Assembly (NCBI GenBank): GCA_965238005.1
Contig: OZ250165.1
Coordinates: 4,000,001-4,064,000, forward strand
DNA length: 64,000 nucleotides
From: Longimicrobiales bacterium
GTDB lineage: Bacteria; Gemmatimonadota; Gemmatimonadetes; Longimicrobiales; Gaopeijiaceae
Direction: 5' to 3'
The notes beneath the pieces were generated by a model. That model was not told where the DNA came from. It made no database searches and worked only from the letters and a program-made list of their open reading frames with translations. Made by a program: the position numbers and the translations under genes. Of this stretch, positions 57,887 to 64,000 are shown piece by piece (the stretch's first letter is position 1; each line of letters starts with the position of its first letter).

Positions 57887-57940
57887 CTAGTGTTCCGTTT
57901 CCGAAGTTCGCGAGCCGCCAAGAGGGCCGGGGCGCCGTGG
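57887..57940. repeat. Second partial copy of the 51265-51368 element
   Basis: CTAGTGTTCCGTTTCCGAAGTTCGCGAGCCGCCAAGAGGGCCGGGGCGCC is the near-identical reverse complement of ~51319-51368. Confidence 0.85.
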
Positions 57941-58016
57941 GATACGGACACACCGCTGGCTCTGGGCTACCCCCGCCGCGCAGGAACGGTTCGTGGATTA
58001 CCGCTAGGAGCCGGTC

Positions 58017-59096
58017 CTAGACGAACTCCTCTTCGGGCTCGTCCTGCAGGTACTGCTTGAAGGCGTCTTTGTGGTTGGCCTTCATATAGGCCTCGGTGGG
58101 ATCGATGACGCCCGACATCAGGTACTCGAGGATGTGCTGGTCCATGAGCTGCATGCCGTCCTTCTTCCCGGTCTGGATCATGGACGGAATCTGGTGGATC
58201 TTGCCTTCCCGGATCAGCGCTCGCACCGCGTTGGTTCCGACCATGATCTCCCAGGCGGCACAACGGCCCTTCCCGCCCTTCTTGCGCAGGAGGACCTGGG
58301 CGATCACCCCCTTGACGGACTCGGCTAGCATCGACCGGATCTGGTCCTGCTGGTCTGCCGGGAAGACGTCGATGATGCGGTCGATCGTCTTGGGCGCCGA
58401 ACTCGTGTGAAGCGTACCGAACACCAAGTGGCCCGTTTCCGCGGCCGTGATCCCCAATTCGATGGTCTCCTGGTCACGCATTTCTCCCACGAGGATGACG
58501 TCCGGATCCTCACGGAGTGCCGCCCGGAGCGCATTGGCGAAGCTCTTGGTGTTGGTGCCGACCTCCCGCTGGTTGACCAGACACTTCTTGTTGGGATGCA
58601 CGAACTCGATGGGATCCTCGATGGTGAGGATGTGGTCCGCACGGGTCTCGTTGATGAGGTCCACCATAGCCGCCAGGGTCGTGCTCTTCCCCGACCCCGT
58701 GGGACCGGTGACGAGCACCAGGCCCTTGGTGAGCATGCACATCTTTCGGACGACATCGGGCAGCCCCAGTTGGTCGGCCGTCAGGATGTCGGTGGGGATG
58801 GTACGCATGACCACGCCGATCCCGTTCTTCTGATTGAAGATGTTGACCCTGAAACGTGAGAGCCCTGGAATCTCGTAGGCGAAGTCGAAATCCAGCTGGT
58901 CGAGGAACCGCATCCGCCAGTCCTCTTCCATGATCTCGTAGACGAGCTTCTCCATGTCCTTGCCCGAAAGCTCACGGAACTTGATCCGCTGCATGTGGCC
59001 GTGGACACGGATGACGGGTACGGAGCCCGTGGTGAGATGGAGGTCCGATCCCCCCTGGTCCACCATCACCTTGAGAAATTGGTCGATCTGGGCCAT
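58017..59096 (-). CDS. pilT: Type IV pilus retraction ATPase
   Basis: SDLH, GPTGSGKSTT, TIEDPIE, LREDPDVILVGEMRD, GHLVFGTLHT, AVRALIRE. Confidence 0.93.
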   Translation of the reverse strand: MAQIDQFLKVMVDQGGSDLHLTTGSVPVIRVHGHMQRIKFRELSGKDMEKLVYEIMEEDWRMRFLDQLDFDFAYEIPGLSRFRVNIFNQKNGIGVVMRTIPTDILTADQLGLPDVVRKMCMLTKGLVLVTGPTGSGKSTTLAAMVDLINETRADHILTIEDPIEFVHPNKKCLVNQREVGTNTKSFANALRAALREDPDVILVGEMRDQETIELGITAAETGHLVFGTLHTSSAPKTIDRIIDVFPADQQDQIRSMLAESVKGVIAQVLLRKKGGKGRCAAWEIMVGTNAVRALIREGKIHQIPSMIQTGKKDGMQLMDQHILEYLMSGVIDPTEAYMKANHKDAFKQYLQDEPEEEFV

Positions 59097-59145
59097 CAGG
59101 TGTCCTCGTCGTTCGTATTCTCAATGATACCGTACCTGCCCGTGG

Positions 59146-60408
59146 TCAGCCGTGGAGTGGGTCCAAGCTCCACTCCAGCCGGTTCCCCTCCTGAGCCTCG
59201 ATCTTCAACTCCCATCGGATGCCGGCCTCGAGCGCGATGCGGCTCTCCACCTCACCCGTCCAGCGCACGAACGCGATGGCGGCGATGTCCAGCGCCGACT
59301 GCAGCCACTTCTCCGGATGTCCCGGAAGGTCCACCGTGACCACGTCGAAGTGGAATCCGCGAATGGAGTCCAGCTCGGCCGCCCAGTCGTCCTCGCTCAT
59401 AGGAAGCTCGACCGAGAAAGCATGGCTCGCGGCACGGCTATCTGGGTCCGTGAGGTAGATGCTCCGCCATGAAGTGTCGAGCATGAGCGTGGGCAGGTGA
59501 GGGAGGATGTCGTGGCCGAGCTCCGCCGGGTCCGTGACGACCAGGAATCGGGCCGATCCCGACCGCGCAAGGAGCCGAATCTCGGACAGGATCCCCGCAG
59601 ACGGCGGAGGAAACTGGTCCTGTAGCTGAGCGTACGCGTCGACAGGACGGAATAGATACTCGGCACCGCTCTCGTCGGCCAAGTACTGGACCTCGATGGG
59701 AGTGACCATGCCATCGCGGTTTACATGACCGCTCCAGGAAGCCCTCAGCGCATCGCCGATCTCCTCGTCCGGCGAGGGTGAGACGAGCTCCTGGAGCTCG
59801 GAGTTCCAGAGACCCTCCAGAGGGCGGCGACGAATACGACCGCTGTCGTCGTACCAGGCCCAAGCCCGAGGACCGCGGGTCGAGATGCCGAACCGCTTCG
59901 ATGCCGCATCCAACGCCAGCGAGAACACCTCCTTGATACTAGCGGGGGCGGGACGCTCCTCCTCCTCGTGGGCGGCGCCTCGAGCATACACCTGCCGGAT
60001 CAACTCACGGATGTTCGTCGAGGAAGCCAGCGCCAGCTCGATCGTCAGATCTGTCCGGGCCTCGAGAACGTCCACCGCCTCCGTCTTGATGGGTGAATCC
60101 ACTACGACGGTGAGGACCCTCTCCGTTCTCATGATGGGAAGCGTGAGATTGGCGAGCGCCCATTCGGGCGACACCAGAGCCGCCGCCTCCGGGTCGATGC
60201 TGTCGGGATCCGGGAAGACGTAGGGCAGATCGAACTGGGACGCGAGTCCCCACTCGAGCTCCTCGGGGGTCACGAGCTCGAGGGCCAGAAGCGACTCGCC
60301 GAAGAATCCCCCGGTCTCCTGCTGGTGCGCCAGCGCCTTCTCCACATCCTCTTCCGTGATGCGACCGAAGCCCATGAGGATCTGACCGATGGTACGTCGT
60401 TCAGGCAT
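59146..60408 (-). CDS. GspE/PilB N-terminal (MshEN-like) domain protein without a recognisable ATPase
   Basis: IGQILMGFGRITEEDVEKALAHQ...FGESLLALELVTPEEL...LASQFDLPY; no Walker A seen. Confidence 0.65.
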   Translation of the reverse strand: MPERRTIGQILMGFGRITEEDVEKALAHQQETGGFFGESLLALELVTPEELEWGLASQFDLPYVFPDPDSIDPEAAALVSPEWALANLTLPIMRTERVLTVVVDSPIKTEAVDVLEARTDLTIELALASSTNIRELIRQVYARGAAHEEEERPAPASIKEVFSLALDAASKRFGISTRGPRAWAWYDDSGRIRRRPLEGLWNSELQELVSPSPDEEIGDALRASWSGHVNRDGMVTPIEVQYLADESGAEYLFRPVDAYAQLQDQFPPPSAGILSEIRLLARSGSARFLVVTDPAELGHDILPHLPTLMLDTSWRSIYLTDPDSRAASHAFSVELPMSEDDWAAELDSIRGFHFDVVTVDLPGHPEKWLQSALDIAAIAFVRWTGEVESRIALEAGIRWELKIEAQEGNRLEWSLDPLHG

Positions 60409-60414
60409 CTTGGG

Positions 60415-61491
60415 TCATCCGTTCCTGTGAGACGTCGAGGGCTCGCCCGCCGACAGGACGTCGCAGATCCACCGGCCTACGTCGGCCGTGGAGCTGCTCC
60501 CCCCTAGATCGGGTGTCGTCACGCCTTCGCTGAAGGCCCTCTGGACCGCAGTCTAGACGGTCGCCGACTCCTCGCTCCAACCGAAGTGTTCGAGAAGCAG
60601 GGCGACGCATCGGATCGCGCCCATGGGGTTCGCGATGCCTGCGCCCGCTATGTCAGGTGCAGAGCCGTGGACTGGCTCGAAAAGAGCGTGGCGACCCGGA
60701 TGTACGTTGGCGGAAGGCGCGAGCCCCAAGCCGCCCGTGACCTCCGCGGCCAGGTCGCTGAGAATGTCCCCGAACAGGTTCGAGGTCACAATCACCGAGT
60801 ATTGGTCCGGGCGGCGCACGAGATCCATGGCCATTGCGTCCACATACATACAGTCTTGCCGGACGTTGGGATAGCCCTCACCCACCTCGGCGAAGGTGCG
60901 GCGCCACAGCGAGCCCGCCAAGGGCATGGCGTTCGCCTTGTCCACCATGGTCACCCGATCGCGCCCGTTGGAGACCGAATGCTCGAAGGCTGCGCGAATT
61001 ATGCGCTCCACCCCCGGCCGCGTGTTCAGGTCTTCCTGCATGGCCAGCTCGTCGGGCGTCCCCTCGTCGATGACCCGTCTACGGTTCACGTATAGACCCT
61101 CGGTGTTCTCCCGGAAGATCTCCAGATGGATGGGGCCCACATCCCGGAGGGGACATAGGGACGGGTGCAGGGCCACACAGGGGCGGAAGTTGACGTAGAG
61201 GTCCAGGCGGAAGCGCAGGCCCAGGAGGATGTCCCGCGCGTGTGCGTTGTCGGGCACCCTCGGATCACCCAGCGCGCCCAGAAGGATGGCGTCGCAGTCG
61301 TCCGAGAGGGAGCGAAACTCCTCGTCCGTGATCGTCACCCCGTCCCTGAGGTAGCGCTCGGCCCCGAGGTCCTGCTCAGCGAGCTCGAGATCGAGGCTAG
61401 CAACGTCTCGGACGCACTCCAATACCCGAGTCGCCTCGCGCGTCACCTCGGTGCCGATCCCGTCTCCGGGGATGATGGCGATTCGAGGCAT
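60415..61491 (-). CDS. leuB: 3-isopropylmalate/isocitrate-family decarboxylating dehydrogenase with internal TAG at 60553-60555
   Basis: IPGDGIG.EV, RENTEG.Y, VDKAN, NLFGDILSD, FEPVHGSAPDIAG; TTPDLGG continues in frame after the TAG. Confidence 0.7.
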
Positions 61492-61495
61492 CAGC

Positions 61496-61951
61496 CTACC
61501 GGTCCGCCGAATCCCCCCGGACCGTGACGCTCCCGTAGACGGGCTCTCCGTGACTCCTGCTCGAAAAGACGTACCGCCCCACGGGAGCCTCTCGGAAGTT
61601 CACGAAGAGGCGGGTCCCTCGCTCGAGGAGCGGTGGGCCGTGCAGCTGGCCTGTGGCGAGTAGAAATTCGCGCGCTTCAGGGGAGAGGGAGTCGGCGACG
61701 AACGAAAGGGTGTGCACCCTGCGATCGAGGGTGACGAACTCCACCCACTCTCCCACCGAGATCTCGAGGGTGAGGGGAAGCACGTGCTCCTGCTCCCTAC
61801 CACCCCCCAGCTGGATGACCTGGGTGGCCTCCACCACCGGGAAGGGTGACTCGGCGGCATCCGCGGCATCCTGGGATTGGGGCTCGGCCTCGACACCGCA
61901 CCCCCCCAGAATCAACAGCCCCAGCGTCGCGCGACGGAGCCGGCTATTCAC
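61496..61951 (-). CDS. Cupredoxin-like lipoprotein
   Basis: Lipobox LGGC; P..LEISVGEWVEF...HTLSF...GRYVF...HG...G.VTV. Confidence 0.5.
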   Translation of the reverse strand: MNSRLRRATLGLLILGGCGVEAEPQSQDAADAAESPFPVVEATQVIQLGGGREQEHVLPLTLEISVGEWVEFVTLDRRVHTLSFVADSLSPEAREFLLATGQLHGPPLLERGTRLFVNFREAPVGRYVFSSRSHGEPVYGSVTVRGDSADR

Positions 61952-62822
61952 TCACTTCATTCCCGCAAGAGACACAGAACTGCCATCGCGGCTCGAGCTC
62001 CTCCCCGCACTTGGGACACGGGAAGAGCCTTAGGTCGCTGCCGCAGAACGGGCAAAAGTTGAGTGCCTTCCGGTGCGGCAGGATCTGACGGCACCAGTGG
62101 CAGGCCGCTGGCCGACCGTCGGCGGCTGCGACCGGGTCCGTATCCTCGCCGGGCTCCTCGGGCTCGACGGCGACCGGGTCCGGCGTGTCCTCCAGGCTCG
62201 AGATGTCGGGTGGGTCGTCGGACCGCGCGTCCTCGTGCTCCGGCTCGGTACCGGGAACGGGAACACCGTCGTCGGCCAGCTCGATGTGACCGATCACTCC
62301 ATCGTCACCGGACTCTCCGGCGTCCCTGTCGTCCTCCTCGTCGGTGTCGTCTTCGTCGGGCATCAACTCTGCGATGTCGAAGGCCTCCGGCCCTTCCGCG
62401 CCCGTCTCGTCGGGGGATGCAGCGTCCTCCTCCTCAAGGGCTTTGTCCGGCGACTGGCCACTCGCCTCACCCGCTCCCGTCAGGATGCGATCCGGGTTCA
62501 GGCGGACGTCGGCAGCCGCAAAGTCGCGGAAGAGACCCGTGTTCGGGCTCGGGCTCTCCAGCTCCTCCCGGATTTCGCGCCGGGCCACCTCGGAGTCGAG
62601 AAGGAGGTAGTCCCCCTCCCCTGCCAGGAGCCTCAGCAGGGCGTCCTCGTAGTCCCCGTTCATCTCGACACCGATGAGGTCACGGTGTGACCGGTACGCC
62701 ACCAGGTTCTGGTAGATCTCGGCAACGGTGAACGGTTGCGTCAGGTACTCGGGTCGAGACTCCGATATCTCCTGAAGAAGAACCTGGTGGAACCGGTTCA
62801 GAATTTCGCTCGTTGGAAGCAT
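61944..62822 (-). CDS. Double zinc-ribbon domain protein with acidic linker
   Basis: C-terminal CHWC, CPFCG, CPKCG, CVSCG; N-terminal FTVAEIYQNLVAY domain. Confidence 0.75.
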   Translation of the reverse strand: MLPTSEILNRFHQVLLQEISESRPEYLTQPFTVAEIYQNLVAYRSHRDLIGVEMNGDYEDALLRLLAGEGDYLLLDSEVARREIREELESPSPNTGLFRDFAAADVRLNPDRILTGAGEASGQSPDKALEEEDAASPDETGAEGPEAFDIAELMPDEDDTDEEDDRDAGESGDDGVIGHIELADDGVPVPGTEPEHEDARSDDPPDISSLEDTPDPVAVEPEEPGEDTDPVAAADGRPAACHWCRQILPHRKALNFCPFCGSDLRLFPCPKCGEELEPRWQFCVSCGNEVSE

Positions 62823-62844
62823 GGGGCTCAGTCTAGGAGGGGAT

Positions 62845-63942
62845 TCAGTCTTCGAGATAGACCAGGTCGGTCTGAATAGCGGCCTGGAGGAAGCTCTCGG
62901 GATCCATGAACGGAATCTCTACGCCGCATTGCTCGTGCCAGCGCTCGGCCAGCCGCCGCATGTAGTGCGACAGCGTCTCGTGGGAGAAGCCCGCGTGATC
63001 TCTCATCTGTCGCACGATCTCGTGCCACGTGCCCCGGAAGAGATGTCCGTCGGCGAGGCGAATCTGGTGCAGCTCGGCCTCCCCCGTGCGCTCTCCCCGC
63101 TCGAACAGCTCGAGCTGGCTCGGGTCCGTCAGAGGTCCCTCGACTCCGTTGACCTGAGCCTCCACCTCCGCCAAGAGCCGGTCAATGGGATCCTGGAGAG
63201 CTTCTAGCCCAGCCAATCGCTCCTGCCACGGCACGAGGCGCGCATCGTCGTCTTCCAAATGCCAAAGCGCCCGCTTGAGCTCTATGAGCCTCCAGACGGC
63301 CAGCGAATCCCAATGATCGAGGGGGGGCACGCGCTCGAACTCCCGGAGGGCCCCGTCCCAGTCACGGCGGTCGTACAGAAGGTGCCCGAGGTAGACCCTG
63401 GCCTCGTGGAGGTCGGGGTCCAGCCGCAAGGCCCGCCTGATCTGCCTTCCCGCTCCCACCTCGTCGCCGAGCCTATGGAGCGAGTAGCCGAGAGAGGCTG
63501 CCGCCTCGGCGTTGTCTGGACGGGCTGCAGCGGCCTTCGCAAACACGTCTCGGCTCTCCGCATAGAGACTCTCCCTGTAGAGGGCGCGTCCCATGGTGAG
63601 CATGAGCTCGACATCGTCCTCGAACCCCATGGCCGCCACCCGCTCGAACAGGCCGAGGGCCGCTTCACGCTCACCGAAACGGAGCAAGGTCTCGCCGAGC
63701 CCCACGAGGGCATCCTCATGCCCCTTGTCGAGGACGAGGGCACGCTCGAATGCCTGTCTCGCCCACGCATACTCCTCCCTAGCCAGGCGCGCGTAGCCCA
63801 TTCCGACACAGAGCTCGACGGCATTGGGATACAGAGAGAGGCCCTCTTTGAGCATCTCGAGAGCCCCTTCATAATCACCGTCGTTGTAGAGTTGGTGCGC
63901 CTGTTCGTCGTATTCCTCGGAGCTGAGGAATCGCTCTGACAT
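62845..63942 (-). CDS. Tetratricopeptide repeat protein
   Basis: Multiple TPR-like 34-aa repeats (A..LG..L...G...A.....AL..DP). Confidence 0.8.
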   Translation of the reverse strand: MSERFLSSEEYDEQAHQLYNDGDYEGALEMLKEGLSLYPNAVELCVGMGYARLAREEYAWARQAFERALVLDKGHEDALVGLGETLLRFGEREAALGLFERVAAMGFEDDVELMLTMGRALYRESLYAESRDVFAKAAAARPDNAEAAASLGYSLHRLGDEVGAGRQIRRALRLDPDLHEARVYLGHLLYDRRDWDGALREFERVPPLDHWDSLAVWRLIELKRALWHLEDDDARLVPWQERLAGLEALQDPIDRLLAEVEAQVNGVEGPLTDPSQLELFERGERTGEAELHQIRLADGHLFRGTWHEIVRQMRDHAGFSHETLSHYMRRLAERWHEQCGVEIPFMDPESFLQAAIQTDLVYLED

Positions 63943-64000
63943 CGCGCTATGGCTCCTTCGGCTAGATGTTGAGACGTCTGTCCAGAACTTAATGGAGGCC

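Noticed and set aside
60553..60555. Genome-wide TAG recoding or pyrrolysine
   Set aside because: gyrB, pilT, thiolase and others end at TAG at the expected C-terminus, and no pyl genes are present.

Overview
High-GC, densely coding bacterial chromosomal window. A Gemmatimonadota-like origin is my inference from gene content (VPS10/BNR protein with poly-Gly linker, ADOP-type permease remnant, many exported amidohydrolases). The left ~43 kb is mostly catabolic and transport genes: thyX, several amidohydrolases, an acyl-CoA ligase, a cluster of exported amidases with a beta-propeller and diheme cytochrome pair, aconitase X, permeases and a flavin monooxygenase. These are interspersed with several deletion-scarred gene remnants. 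The right part holds recF-dciA(DUF721)-gyrB, ssb, rpsU, beta-oxidation genes, pilT with an MshEN-like partner, and a leuB-like gene with an in-frame TAG. The most interesting region lies between ssb and rpsU (49383-53494). Three unannotated proteins there share two unrecognised domains in shuffled order (A; A-B; B-A), alongside a small RHH-like protein and a 303-aa orphan. The same region has a ~220-nt segment closed by a 23-bp inverted repeat, two convergent promoter-plus-terminator sRNA candidates, and a CTAG-flanked MITE-like element with a second copy at the thiolase start. I recognised no rRNA, tRNA or CRISPR array. All product calls come from motif recognition by eye, not database searches.
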